A stretch of 64,000 bases of DNA from Felis catus (GCF_018350175.1 NC_058368.1:127660001-127724000), one strand, 5' to 3'; counted from the stretch's first letter, positions 11,338-24,620 are shown. Notes: generated by a model not told the origin, from the sequence alone. Numbers and translations are program-made.

Positions 11338-13344
11338 AGTAGATCACTAAGATATTTGCCATCACTGCTTCTCAAAAGACTTGCCAAGACCAGAAAATGT
11401 TTGCTTAGTAGTCTCTGCTCTGCATAAGAAAGACCATTCAAAGAGTACTGAGTCCCTTTTCTGGCAAATCCTCTAATCCAAATGAAGGGTGGTTGCCTAC
11501 AAGGGTTAAGCAGGGATGCAAATGCATAGAGCAGTCAGGTGGGGACTCCTCAGAACTGGAGTCAGTCATAAGGAAAAGCCACTACTCACTGTGCCCCATT
11601 CTTGGCAGGTGGAAAGGTGAGCTGAGTGTTGCCAGACTGGCTATGTTTACAGGAGAAACAAAAAAAATGTGATTTTTCTTTAAGTGCTTCTGGTTTTTGT
11701 AAACACAGGATCTTAAAAATAAAATCCGTAAGTGGGCTAAGGCATTCCAGTTTTCAATTTCTGCCTTAATCCACCTGGATGATTCTCCATAACATTAAAA
11801 AATCACTGGCACTGGTGGTGACATGAGAACATGAACTTCATAGGTGAGAAAGGAGAAAGACCACCCATCGACGTGATGCTCCCTCCTCAAGGAAACATAA
11901 TTGAGAAAGGGGCTGCCTTTTCACAGAGAAATCAGTGTTGTGAGCAAGATGTGTTTCCTAGTGCTTAGAATGTGAAAACTCTCAAAACTGGATTTCATCT
12001 TCCTCTTTCCTCCTTCTCCTCTTCTATCCCACCCTCCTCCTCCTAAGGAAAAAGATCTTTGGATTTTCATTCCTATAATACCCTACGCTTAATTATCCAC
12101 AGTCTTCTGAAGTAAGTAAACTCAAGGTCAGATCTCCAATATATTAGGAAGCTATGGAGGAAAGCACAGTTTTGGGTCTGTCCCGGACTCAATCTCATTC
12201 CTCAGGCTTGCCTATAGCTGATGTCATCGTGGGCTGTAAGGAGTGTTCTGGAGGAGGTGCATAGGGAAAGACACCATAGGTATCAGTCATGTGAGGTTGT
12301 GTCAGACTATTAGCTGTTCTCGGGGATAACAGGAACTGTCCACTGTTGCCAATGAAGTTCTTCACAAGCCATGTACCTTCAGAAATGCCAGGGACCATCT
12401 AAGCCTCCAAAATACCAAATCTACGTTTTTCCTGAGGTGCCATTTTCTCCCAAACACATTCTCTGTGTTTGGAAAAAATCCTGGAGAGCACTGATAATTC
12501 CTAAATTAGGCAAACAACCAGGAAAACCTCTATAATCAGAGCCCAATAACCCATATGGCAAATGTGACACAAGTCTGCTCTGAGAGTCCCTCCTGAAAAC
12601 ATTGACTTGTGCCAAGTTATACAGTGTCAGTTCCTCTGCCCCAAAACCACAAAGATCAAATAATATTTTGAGCTTTCGAGCACTCTTTCTTAGTGTGAAT
12701 ACCATAAATATAAAAATATATCCCCTGTGTGGGGCAGAAAGATTCAAATATTCCATTATAAGCCTTTTATTTCATAATATATAATTGAGATCTTGATAAT
12801 GATCTCAACAGGATGTTTTAAGATCCATTGGTGAGCACTGTAAAGTGTGGTTCTCCAGAGGAAAGCTTGCCTTAACTAAACTATGAACATGTTTTTAATG
12901 ATAAGATCTCATTGGTTTATGTCTTAAAGATATTTCTTATTTTAAAGCCTTCATTTAAAAAAATAGACACTGGTCATCTTATTTCACAAATTGAAAAAAA
13001 AATCCACTGATAGCTTATTGCCTTGAGATATCTGGAAGGCTAAATTACCTAATACTTATCCTTAATTTGGTTTATTGTAATTCAAGTGAATTTAGTGTTT
13101 AAATTTGTTAATGTAATAACAGAAGGTGTTATGAAAACTCACTTGTTTCATTGCATCCACAGTATTTCTGTTGTTAAAGCTAGAATCTGCTTTGTATTAA
13201 GATTGCCAACTCCTATTAAAATACATTATTTTCGTTATACCAATATTCAATTAAAATAGACACAGACATACATTAGAATATATTTCTTTATGCGAGTGCA
13301 TATATCTACTAAAAAGGATGTTCACAAAGAATGTTCACAAAGGT

Positions 13345-13591
13345 TCAAATATCAATGAATGGAGACTCATCACCTCCAGTCCACATCCAAAACTGTGTTT
13401 AGTTCCTTTTGAAAATAAGCTCTGTCTAGCTGGTGGACAAACTACAATCATGGAACGCTATGACCTTGGACAAAATGAATGGAGAGGGACAGCTCCCATG
13501 AAAGGCAGGAGGATGGAGTGTGATGTCATCACGAATGGATGTATTTATATTCCTGAGGGATATTCCTACTCAAAGGGAACAGATCACTGAG
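13345..13591 (+). pseudogene. KLHL23: Kelch-repeat retrocopy fragment, KLHL23-like (C-terminal kelch repeats)
   Basis: SNINEWRLITSSPHPKLCLVPFENKLCLAGGQTTIMERYDLGQNEWRGTAPMKGRRMECDVITNGCIYIPEGYSYSKGT aligns with recalled KLHL23 SDINEWSLITSSPHPEYGLCSVPFENKLYLVGGQTTITECYDPEQNEWREIAPMMERRMECGAVIMNGCIYVTGGYSYSKGT. Small deletions, a lost GG motif and truncation at both ends. Confidence 0.85.
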
Positions 13592-13683
13592 GGAAAAAAA
13601 ATGGCATAAGAAAGGACTTCTAATGCTGTTAAATGCAGATTGCCAACCTATACCCAATAACCTCATTTTTTAAAGTGTGAATA

Positions 13684-13916
13684 GAGGGACATCTGGGTGG
13701 CTCAGTCAGTTGAGAGCCCAACTTCGGCTCAGGTCATGATCTCACAGTTTGTGGGTTCAAGCCCCACATAGGGCTCTGTGCTGACAGCTCAGACCCTGGA
13801 GCCTGCTTCGGATTCTGTGCCTGCCTGTCTCTCTCTCTGCCCCTCCCCTACTCATGCTCTGTCTCTTTCTCTCTCTCTCAAAAATAAATAAACATGAAAA
13901 AAATTTTTTTAAAAAA
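13684..13916 (+). mobile_element. Can-SINE
   Basis: Full body; TSD taaagt(g/a)tgaata at 13671-13683 / 13917-13929. Confidence 0.93.
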
Positions 13917-14574
13917 TAAAGTATGAATACAAAAAAATGGAAAATATATCCCAGTGTTAACTACAACAAATAAGCGAAGAGATTAAAAGTGAATGAAGCA
14001 AATCAAAACCACAGTGAGATAAACTTCACATCATTTAGGATGACTATTATCAAAAATATTTTTAAAATAAAATAATGAATGAACACAAATACCTCTAAAG
14101 CAAAAGATACATACATGTTTAAAAGCTAAAATGTATTAAATTCATACTTTTTGACAGAAGGCAGGTGAGAAAAGCAGGATAAAAGAAAGAGACTCATTAT
14201 CATAAACTCCTTACAATAAATGGTCATCTGGAAGAGGAACACAGAATAAAGATTGTATTCTTGAGAAACAGATATTTAATAGAGATGATCTCTTGAGTAT
14301 TAGTGTGGATCAAGGGCTTAACTGTTTTGTTTCGTCAATTTTAACCTACTGAAGCAATACTGTGAAGACAAAAATAAAAATTTTAAAAACTACTCGAGCA
14401 ACAAAAAGAATTGAAGCTTAATATTTCCAGTAAAATGTGAGTAACTTATAAAGAAAATGAGTTCAGGTAGGAATCTACTCTGTGTTCATTAAGCTCATTG
14501 TTAATGTACATGGCCAGCTGGAAAGCATGAGTGTCCCCTGCAAGCTACATTCTTTTCTTTTATTTATATTATTT

Positions 14575-14802
14575 AATTTTTTTTTACATGTGTTTATTTT
14601 TGAGACACAGAGAGAGACAGAGCACAAGTGGAGGAGGGGCAGTGAGAGAAGGAGACACAGAATACGAACCAGGCTCTGGGCTCTGGGCTGTCAGCACAGA
14701 GTGCAACACGGGGCTCAAACCCACAAACCGTGAGATCATAACCTGAGATGATAACCTGAGCCGAAGTCGAATGCCCAACCGACTGAGCCACCCAGGTGCC
14801 CC
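14575..14802 (-). mobile_element. Can-SINE
   Basis: Reverse body ending cccaggtgcccc; TSD tcttttatttatat; small internal duplication of ataacctgag. Confidence 0.93.
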
Positions 14803-15132
14803 TCTTTTATTTATATCATTAATTGACCTGTTTTAGATAGTACAAAGTGAACTTCAGCCTGATTCTCTAAATGTCAAGTTTACAGAATTACAACCAGTGA
14901 GGTTTAACCAACACTAAGGGAAAGAGAAATGAATGTATTTTTCAATTTTCTGTGAGACCTCTAAACCAAATACAGGCAAAAGAGAGTTCATACTGTGGTC
15001 CCTGAAATTTCATGGTGTTTTCGTCAATTATTTAAGATAGCATTTCTGAAATGCCGAGTGCATTAAAAATGTTTAACAACTCTTTTTTAAAATCTCAATT
15101 TTTGTTATGATTTGAGGTTGAATGATATTGAA

Positions 15133-15322
15133 TTTTTTTGTTCTAAAGTTTATGTATTTACTTTAAGAGTGTGCGTGTGTGTATGCAAGTGGGAGGAGGG
15201 GCAGAGAGAGAGGAACATGTTAAGCAGGCTCCATGGAGCTAGAACTCATAAAATTGTGATGTCCTGACCAGAGGCAAAAATCAAGAGTTGATACTTAACT
15301 GAATGAGCCAGCCAGACGCCCC
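15133..15322 (-). mobile_element. Degenerate Can-SINE
   Basis: gggcagagagag...aagcaggctcc...aatcaagagtt...gagccagccagacgcccc. Confidence 0.8.
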
Positions 15323-15557
15323 TGATATAGAAAACAATACTGAAAACACAATATTTAGAGATGTTCTAATGGTCTGGGTTATATACATGTGAAACAAATA
15401 CTTTAACATGGCATGATGAAACAAATAAGCTGCTCATGAAACTGCAGAAAGAAGTTTAGAAAGAGAAAAGTGGGCAAAAAAGACCTATACCCAGGTTGGA
15501 GAACTAAATTGATTAATGTGTTGATCCCTTAACAATCTGACATACATACACCTCCTT

Positions 15558-15772
<215 letters not shown>

Positions 15773-16534
15773 TTCAAAACATAAAATTCAACCCAATTTG
15801 GTCAGACACAACTAAATTCGGTTAGGAAATCAGAATCATAAAACTTGGTATTTTCAGGCAATTTGCATGGCGAAAAACAAAGACATTTATGGTAGAACCT
15901 CCAAATTCCTCTGTAGAGTATATATTTTAACCATTATGCATATGGGGTTTGGAATGCCTTTTTACAGAACGAGGATAATAATAATAGTTACCATATAAGC
16001 TTATGATAATTGCCCTATCCAATGTGTGATTTAGCATAGTAGCATAGTAGCTGCCTCCCTTTTAGGAAATGCAGAGACACTATTACGTGTCACCTGTTTC
16101 AGGCAGAGAGAAGAGGACAAGCATAGGCAAGTAGAGACATGTCAGAGCTTGATATGTTTTGGGGAACCAATAAGAGGTTCACTATCACTGAAATATAAAA
16201 ATAATTAGAAGGTGAGAGGAACAAAAAAGATGAAGCAAGAGATGCGGGCACAGATTATGGCCTAGAGTGTCTTGTTAAGAGCTTTGCATATAGGGTTATA
16301 AAAATAGGAGGTACCTACTGTGTCTATTACCTGGACCATTCTGAAGGGTTTTAAAGGGGATGACATTGGAAACAAGGGCAGAAATCATAAAGCCACTGCA
16401 GAGGTGCAAGAGAGAGCTGAGAACCTGAATACTGTGGCAGTGGGCATGACAAAAATAAATGTATAGATTGCAGAAATCTCTCTCTTCCATTTAAAAAAAG
16501 AATGTGTTTATTTCATCGCGGTTGTTAATTGGAG

Positions 16535-17830
16535 TTGTAGTCGCCAGCCTCAAGATGGCTCCAATGATACTTGCCCCCTGGTGTCCCTGGCCCTTCCTAC
16601 ACCTTATCAGGATTGGTTTGGGTGACCCAAAGAGTGTACCAAAAGTGATGGTGTGTAATTCTTGACACTGATCAGAAAATACATTGCTGCTTTTGTCTTG
16701 TTCTCTTTTATCACTTCACTTGCTGTGGAAGTCCACCACCATGTCGTGAAGGCATTCACGCAGCCTGGGGAGCAGCCAACCTACAAAGGAAATGAGATTC
16801 CCCACCAAGAGCCAATACCAACGTGACAAGTGTGTGAGTGAATCACTTTCGAGGCACACCTTCCCGCCCCAGTCAAGCCTTTATATGTATGTAACCGTGG
16901 ATGATTTAATTTTTTTTTATTTTTGAATTTTTTCTGTATTTTTAATTCAATTTAATTTAATTTTTAACTCCAATATAATTAACACACAGTGTTAAAATAG
17001 TTTCGGGTGCACAATATAGTGATTCAGCAATGTGGATGACTTCGTGAATACAACTCCATGAGAGATCCCAATCCAGAATCACCCAGCTAATGTCCTTCTG
17101 ACCATAAGTAACTGAATTCTGCCGACAATAAAAAGGGACCTGAAAGAAAGCCTGAAGCTCAAGAAGCAGATTGCAGCCCTGGCTATTACTTCGATTTCTG
17201 CCCTGTGAGTTCCTATGCTAAGAACTCAGCTACTGTGTGCTGAGGCTTCTGACCTACGAAACTTTAAGGTAATTAAATGGGTGTTGTTTGAAGCTGCTAG
17301 ATTTGTGTACTTTGTTACAGAGCAACAGAAAATTAATGTACGTGGTTTAGATAAGATCTTGAACTTTGAGCTGATGCCGTAATGGAATGAGACTTTTGGG
17401 GACCACAAAAGGGGCTGACTATATTTTGCATGTAAGAGGGATATGAATCATGGAGGGCTTTCACTAGTAGCCAGCCTCCAAAATGACACCCAATGATCCT
17501 TGCTTCCAAGGATTCACTTCCTTGTCCCCTCTGACACTGAATAGGGCTGACAGAGAACTAAAGCTTCCTGCCAACAGCCAGCACCAATGTGCCAGCCATG
17601 TGGGTGAGCTGTCTTGGAAGTGAATCTTCCAGCTCCAATCAAGTCTCCAGATGAATGTAGTGTGGATAGGTATCTTGATGGTAATATCATGAGAAATTCT
17701 GTGCTAGAACCACCCAGATAAGCACTTCATGCATTACTGACCCAGAGAAACTGTGGGCATAATAATATTTTATGTTGTTTTAAGCTGCTAAGTATTGGGC
17801 ATATGCAGCAGTACTCAACTGATAAGAGAT
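16535..17830 (+). mobile_element. Cluster of MaLR LTR (MLT1-like) pieces with a small antisense L1 3'-end insert (~16905-17030)
   Basis: Two LTR-start motifs (gccagcctcaagatggctccaatgat ~16542; gccagcctccaaaatgacacccaatgat ~17470) and two LTR-end motifs (~17340, ~17825). The insert is flanked by gtggatga. Confidence 0.7.
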
Positions 17831-18163
17831 GTATAGAATTTCTAAAGACTGAGCCTCTGCCTAGGCTAAAGTAAACCATCAGTTTGCAACAGAAGAAGAA
17901 AAGAAGGGGTAAAAAAGTGCTTTTAAGCAGTATATTTACAGGAGTTTCCAGACAAGCACAAGCTAAGCTTGTGGTCCTTGCTCCCATGGTTAGTGGATTA
18001 CATGTCACTGATGGAAAAAAAAAAAAAGAGACAGAGACAGAGAGAGAGAAAACATAGACGAGAGACCTTGACAACTGGACCAGGCTGTTCTCCTTAAAAC
18101 CTTCCATTACCTTTAACACTCCCTTAACACCTTTCTTTATATTTTGTACAAAAAGAGTAACAA

Positions 18164-18382
18164 GGGGCGCCTGGGTGGCTCAGTTGGTTAAGCACCTTGG
18201 TTTTGGCTTCCGTCATGATCTCATGGCTTCATAGGTTCCAGGCCTGCATCCAGCTCTGTGCTGACAGTGTGGAGGCTGCTAATGATTCTCTCTCTTCCTC
18301 GCTCTCTGCCCCTCCCCCACTCACACTGTCTCTGTCTCTCTCAAAATAAATATATAAACTCAAAAAAATGTTAAAAAAAAAA
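18164..18382 (+). mobile_element. Can-SINE
   Basis: ggggcgcctgggtggctcag head, CT tract, A tail. Confidence 0.92.
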
Positions 18383-19354
18383 CAGCAAGGAAATAGAAGA
18401 AAAATCTTTCTGGAACAAATGGTAACAAAGTGGAAACACACGCCTCATGGACATAGTGGAAATGGTGATAAGAAGGACTCTTTTGTACTGGGAAAGAGTG
18501 ACTATGTTCTAGGATGAGGAATTTAAATGCACACAGGAGTGCATTCAACTTCATGGGTAACTTCAACTCATGGGTAATTTTTCACTGAATTTCAAGACAA
18601 ATCCAATGTTTAGAAAATAGTTACATGGGAAATGTTGAAGCCATATTGAATACACAACTTGAGAATGAAAATAAGCAAATTAACTTTAGAAGGAAGTCAT
18701 AAAAGTAACATTTTTTATCATAAAAATCACAAATACTTACTATAAAAATTATGAAATAGTAAAGAATATAAAATTTACCTATTATGCCCACACTTAGACC
18801 TAAACACTCTTAACAGCTTTTTATACAAGTATTATAAAAGTGAAGTATTCCTGCCATTAAAATGTTGTATTTTTTACCTAAATTTAACTATCATGAATAA
18901 AATAATTTCCCTGTGCTATTAAGATTATTGTAAAGTTATCTCTAATTATTTCCTTTAATAGTTTAAACTAAAAGAGTGTGCTCAATGCTAAAATCTAGGA
19001 GGCAAAGGAGAAACAGGAAAAAGCTGAGAGGAAAAAATAACCCTACTGTAAGGGAATTAATATTCACTTTTAGTGTAGTACCTTTCATTCTTTAAAAATA
19101 TACATATTATAAATACCCCTCCATATTTATAAAGAAAATATGTATACCGTGTTCATCTTGTTCTTTTTTGGTTAGCAAAATAATAAGAATATTTTTATAT
19201 TATTAATTTTTTTATATTTACTTTTAATAAAAATACTGTCATCACATGATTTAGTGGGCACAGAATATATTGTATCAGATGGACATAATTTACATATCTA
19301 TGAAGTTTTCATTGTGATGGCTTTATTATTTTGATAAAAATTTGAACACATATT

Positions 19355-19582
19355 ATTTTTTTTCTTCTTTAAGTTTATTTACTTATTTTTGGAGAGAGAG
19401 AGAGAGTGTGTGTGACCACAAGCAGGGTAGGGGCAGAGAGAGAGGGAGAGAGAAAATCTCAAGCAGGCTCCCCACTTTCAGTGCAGAGCCTGATGTGGGG
19501 CTCGAGCCCACAAACCATGAGATCATGACCTGAGCTCAAATCAAGAGTTGAGCACTTAACTGACTGAGTCACCCAGGTACCT
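19355..19582 (-). mobile_element. Can-SINE
   Basis: Reverse body with gagatcatgacctgagc. Confidence 0.92.
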
Positions 19583-19919
19583 CACATCATTTCAACTTTA
19601 AGTTATTTCCTTAGCATTAATTCCCAAAAACAAGCATTAATTCCCAAAACTGAGACAAAAAAATTATTAATAAATTTAAAATTTTGATATAGTCAGTTTT
19701 CAATAAATACTGGAGCTATTTATATGTTGACCAAGAACATATGTCTCTGCTATGACATCACAGGTTATGAGCACTTCCTCATTGTTATAACAATCTGCTA
19801 AGTGAAAAATTATATCTTGATTGTTTTCATTTACATTTCTTTTGTGAGTTCGTTCATGTTTATTTGACATATTTATATTAGTATCAACCTACTAAGTCTT
19901 ATAACCACTTAAAAGTGAT

Positions 19920-20123
19920 GGGGCACCTGGGTGGCTCAGTCGGTTGAGTGTCCGACTTCAGCTCAGGTCATGATCTCGCAGCTCTTGAGTTCGAGCCCTG
20001 CGTTGGGCTCCGTGCTGACAGCTCAGAGACTAGAGCCTGTTTCAAATTCGTCTCCCTCTCTCTCTGTCCCAACCCACTCGCATTCTGTCTCTGTCTCTCT
20101 CAAAAATAAATAAACTTAAAAAA
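19920..20123 (+). mobile_element. Can-SINE
   Basis: Head ggggcacctgggtggctcag; flanked by aaaagtg on both sides. Confidence 0.93.
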
Positions 20124-20463
20124 TTTTTTAAAAAGTGCTATGTTTGTTCTTTTTTTGTATTGTAAAAAATTTATAGATTTAAATAATCAACTATAATTTT
20201 TTTAATTTATGATTTCCTTTCTAGTTATCTTTATCATCATTCAAGTAACTTAAATTTTAAAACATTTATGTAGTTAAATATATCAATATTTCATTTTATG
20301 ATTTCTGCCTTTAAAGTTGTGCTTTGAGAAGGTTCCCCAAACATTCAAGATTATGTACATATTCAGAATATTTTCTTCCGGATTTCTGTGGATTCCATTT
20401 TTGTAGTTAGTTCTCTAAAACTCTATATCTGAACTTTATTTTGAAGTAATAACTACAATCAGA

Positions 20464-20670
20464 ATTTTTTTAATGTTTATTTTTGAGAGAGGAAGAGACA
20501 GTGTGAGCAGGGGTGGTACAGAGAGAGAGAGGGAGACAGGATCTGAAGCAGGCTCCAGGCTCTGAGCTGTCTGCACAGAGCCTGATGTGGGGCTCAGACC
20601 TACAAACTGCGAGATCATGACCTAAGCTAAAGTTCAATGCTTAAAACCAATTGAGACACCCAGGCACCCC
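20464..20670 (-). mobile_element. Can-SINE
   Basis: Reverse body ending ccaggcacccc. Confidence 0.92.
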
Positions 20671-20739
20671 AAACACCTGCAATTAGAATCTAACTTTTGT
20701 CTCAGCTGTGTTTCTTTTTCATTTTTCATTTATAGCTTA

Positions 20740-20935
20740 ATTTTTTATATGTATTTTAGATACAGAGAGAACAGAGTGTGTGAACAGGGTAGAGGGACAG
20801 AGGGTGAGAGAGAATCCCAAACAGGCTCGGCACCCAGTGCACCTGACCTGGGGCTTGATGCCACAAACCTGGGATCATGACCTGAACCAAAATCAAGAGT
20901 CAGATATTTAACTGATTGAGGCACCCAGGCACATC
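20740..20935 (-). mobile_element. Can-SINE (older)
   Basis: Reverse body gatcatgacctgaaccaaaatcaagagtcag. Confidence 0.88.
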
Positions 20936-20953
20936 TCAGCAATGTGTTTTAAA

Positions 20954-21163
20954 TTATTTTTTAACGTTTATTTATTTTTGAGACAGAGAGAGACAGAGCA
21001 TGAACGGGGGAGGGTCAGAGAAAGGAAGACATAGAATCCGAAACAGGCTCCAGGCTCTGAGCTGTCAGCACAGAGCCCGACGTGGGGCTCGAACTCACAA
21101 ACCGCGAGATCATGACCTGAGCCGAAGTCGGCCGCTCAACCGACTGAGCCACCCAGGCACCCC
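20954..21163 (-). mobile_element. Can-SINE (young)
   Basis: CpG-retaining body; 18-bp TSD tcagcaatgtgttttaaa (20936-20953 / 21165-21182). Confidence 0.95.
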
Positions 21164-21371
21164 ATCAGCAATGTGTTTTAAAAAGTAAATGTATTACACA
21201 GTTAATTGACAGTCATCATTTTAATTAAAAATTAAATTATAAATGCCAACTATAAATTAAATTTTATAAAATTAAAAAAAATGTCAACTGTCATCCCAGT
21301 CATTAACATTTATTCACCTTTTCCCATTCACTTTATTTGTTTCTCTTGATTTCCTATTTCATCCATATATT

Positions 21372-21424
21372 TGTGTGTGTGTGTGTTTGTGTGTGTGCGT
21401 GTGTTTGTGTGTGTGCGCACGTGT

Positions 21425-21466
<42 letters not shown>
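21372..21466. repeat. (TG)n microsatellite with CG and TT interruptions
   Basis: Directly visible. Confidence 0.95.
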
Positions 21467-21468
<2 letters not shown>

Positions 21469-21624
21469 GGGGAAGGTGGCTGCCATGTATGCCAAACACA
21501 AAACACAGTACTTTCATATGTACCCATATTTAATCCTCAAAATGGATTTGTGGATTAGACAATACACTCTTTTAAAGATGGGCAAAGAGGGACATGGAAA
21601 GATCAGGGTGCTAGAGACTACAGG

Positions 21625-21782
21625 GATGAGTTCCCAACAAGTCTGAACATGTATGTAAGTTCCTGAGAATATTATTAAAATGCAAATTCTTCCTCAGTGC
21701 ATCTAGCAAGGCCTGAGATTCACCCTTCTAACCAGGTGACACTGATGCTTATGGTCCATGGAATATATTCTGGGGAGCAAGA
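21625..21782. mobile_element. MER5-like hAT MITE
   Basis: ttaaaatgcaaattct...ggcctgagatt...ccaggtgacactgatgct...ggtccatgga. Confidence 0.6.
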
Positions 21783-22239
21783 ACAAAGACGACAATTGAG
21801 TCGTAGAACTTGATATATAGCTGGGTTTTTAGACACCTGTCTCTTTCCACTCTTTCATGCTTCCTCTAACTGCTGTTAGCAGACATGTGTGATTATCCTG
21901 CTAAACAGGTTCCAGCCTGAAACAAAGTCAGGTTTCTCAAGCCCCACTGGATAAACATAGTAACAAGTACTTTAAAGATCTGAAAGTTAAAATGATGAAA
22001 AGAAATTTAAAATTAAAAACCCAAACATGTATACTACAGAAAAAGTTCCAAATATACTTTCCAAGGAAATTTATGAATTTTCTTCACTAAAATTACTTTG
22101 AGTTTATACTTCATAATCTACCTATGTGTTAAATAAGGAACATTCACAATTATTGCCAAGATCTAGGTCTACTGCAGATATCTTTGATATGAGAACATTC
22201 TATGCCTATAAACTTATATCCTCTGTGGATTATTTCTTT

Positions 22240-22454
22240 TTAATTTTATAAATGTCTTAACGATTATTTTTGAGAGAAAGAGAGACAGAGTGTGAGCAGG
22301 GAAGGGGCAGAGAGAGGTAGACACAGAACCAAAGCAGGCTTCAGGCTCTGAGCTGTCAGCACAGAGCCTGACGCGAGGCTTGAACCCACAAACCATGAGA
22401 TCATGACCTGAACTGAAGTCGGTTGGTTAACTGACAGAGCCACCCAGGTGCCCC
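22240..22454 (-). mobile_element. Can-SINE
   Basis: Reverse body ending cccaggtgcccc. Confidence 0.93.
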
Positions 22455-24620
22455 TTCCTCAAAGTATTCTTAGGAAACAAGAAGAAATTACTGCGATTCA
22501 AGAGGAGACTAACATTTTTTTTAATAGTAAATTTGAAAAGGAAGGGCATTTGTTTCACACAAATACATCTTAGATTCACATAATTATGGTATCCACAAAA
22601 GGCTTAATTTGAACTTGACAATAATAATTATTTTAAATTATGCATCAAGTATTCTAGACTATTGTCCTTGAATCAAACAAGAGTTACATATGACTCCGGC
22701 AATTGTTTTTCTGGTTTGTTCACTAAAATACGACAACTGTAGGACATATTATAACTTAGGACTAAAGGATCAAATGGGAATTATCCCTCCTAAAATAAGA
22801 CCACAATCCAGTGATGGAATATGACTGAACACAGAGCTCATAATTCCAATTCAATACCATTTCCCAGTTATAAGAACGATAGCATTTTCAGCTGAAAGCA
22901 GTACTAGAGATCATTTAATCTACCACTCCTCTTGACAATAACTTTGCTACTGCTTTTATTTATCAATAGTGGAAAAGAAAAAAAATGGTATTTTTTCCTT
23001 GGCATTGGGGTTCTACACACAGATATGTCTTTGCTATTCCAGCTTAATGAGCCATTCTGATGTTCATACTCATAATACAGATGAAGAGAAGACTGTCTAC
23101 AAGAAATTATTTTAGTGGAGGAAAAATAAAGTCAGGATTAAATGTCACATTAATGTGGAAAAAATGTATTTCTGTAGAAGTATGTTTCTCTCATCAATGA
23201 GTGGGACAGATAAATGCATAAATCTCCCACACATCGATAGGAGAATAAATCTTGTAGTGATGAGTACATGAAAGATTTTCCTTTGAATAGTGCAGAGTGC
23301 ATAGTCTTAGTAGCTGCAAGAAGTTTGTAATTACGTTACTCTATTACTGATGTAGCACCTGCTCAATACGCTGAGACCTTTTCCTCTCATCACTGGTTTT
23401 TGCATTTAATTTGCATAATGTGCCAAAGAAGAAAAATAATGGATCTGGCTGAAATTTCAGCTGAAGTAAATCATGGAGAAAAATGGAGAAGCAGGCGTCT
23501 CCCTAAAATTATATTACAACACAGGGGAAGTCAATGTGAAATCTCAAAATGTTCATTTCCAAGTATCAAAACTACATTATTTCCAAACTTCTATAAGAAG
23601 TCTTGAATGCTTAGTCCTGTTTTAAAAATATTCTTTAAAAAAAAGAGTAGATTTCAAAGAAAATGAGTCGTAATAAGATATCTTTTTTCTACAACCCACC
23701 TACTTGGTAAAAAGCAGGAGTACTTCATTTTACATAATAGCTCCTCAGCATCACAGATTTGGAAATATGAAAAACTGGATCATGCTCAGCATTGTTCCTA
23801 TCACATGCAAGAGCTCCTGGTTTCCAAGTCAATCTCTTTGTTGCCAGTCAGATTCTTAATCTTATTCCAGAATTCAGAACCAAGAAATGCCCAGCAAGGG
23901 CGCAAAGTCAGTGATGAACTGCAAGTCAAGAGAAATTGGGTTGCCTTTGATAGGAATGCTGAAGATGCAGACCCACACTTGTCCTTGTGTCCTTGGTCAG
24001 TCTGAATTTACACATCATGCATGTGCCCAGAGCAGGGAACAGCCAGACCCAGCCTGATACAATGAAGAATAATTTGTTTTATTGTTTTCTAGAAAATCAC
24101 ATGTATCCTTAAATGGTTTTTGAATGATTTACTAGGGCTTTCCTAATTCCAGAGAAGTCATTCTTTATTCTGTTTTTAAAGATTCTAACAAAATACATCA
24201 AAGGCTGCTATATCTTCAGAATATATGAAAAAGAATACTTGAACTTCTCTTCAATTCAAACTTCAGCTCTGAATATAACATGGGATGGGTGATAAATAAA
24301 TAATAACTTAAGCTACTAGGTTTATTTCCCTGATGAGCAACTCCATTTCTGAATCAATATTTACTTTTATGAAATATTGACTACTAACTTTAGAACTAGT
24401 AATATTTGGAAATATGGAGCCCTTGAATCCATTTCTGAATTTTTTTATGCACCAATAAGTCTATCAACCAGATCCTATTTCTAAGACTCAGAAAACTTAT
24501 GCTAAGGGGCACGGGTGGGAAGATCTCTGAGCATCAAACGAGACCTCATTAACTGAATACCCAAAAGATCAATATTTAATAAAAAAGGAAATAAAAGATA
24601 AGATAAGAAAAAAGGAAGAA

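Noticed and set aside
14482..14791. Recurrent short ORFs such as AQSV...AQVMIS (also near 19931, 29521, 45063, 54887)
   Set aside because: Translations of Can-SINE consensus, not a gene family.
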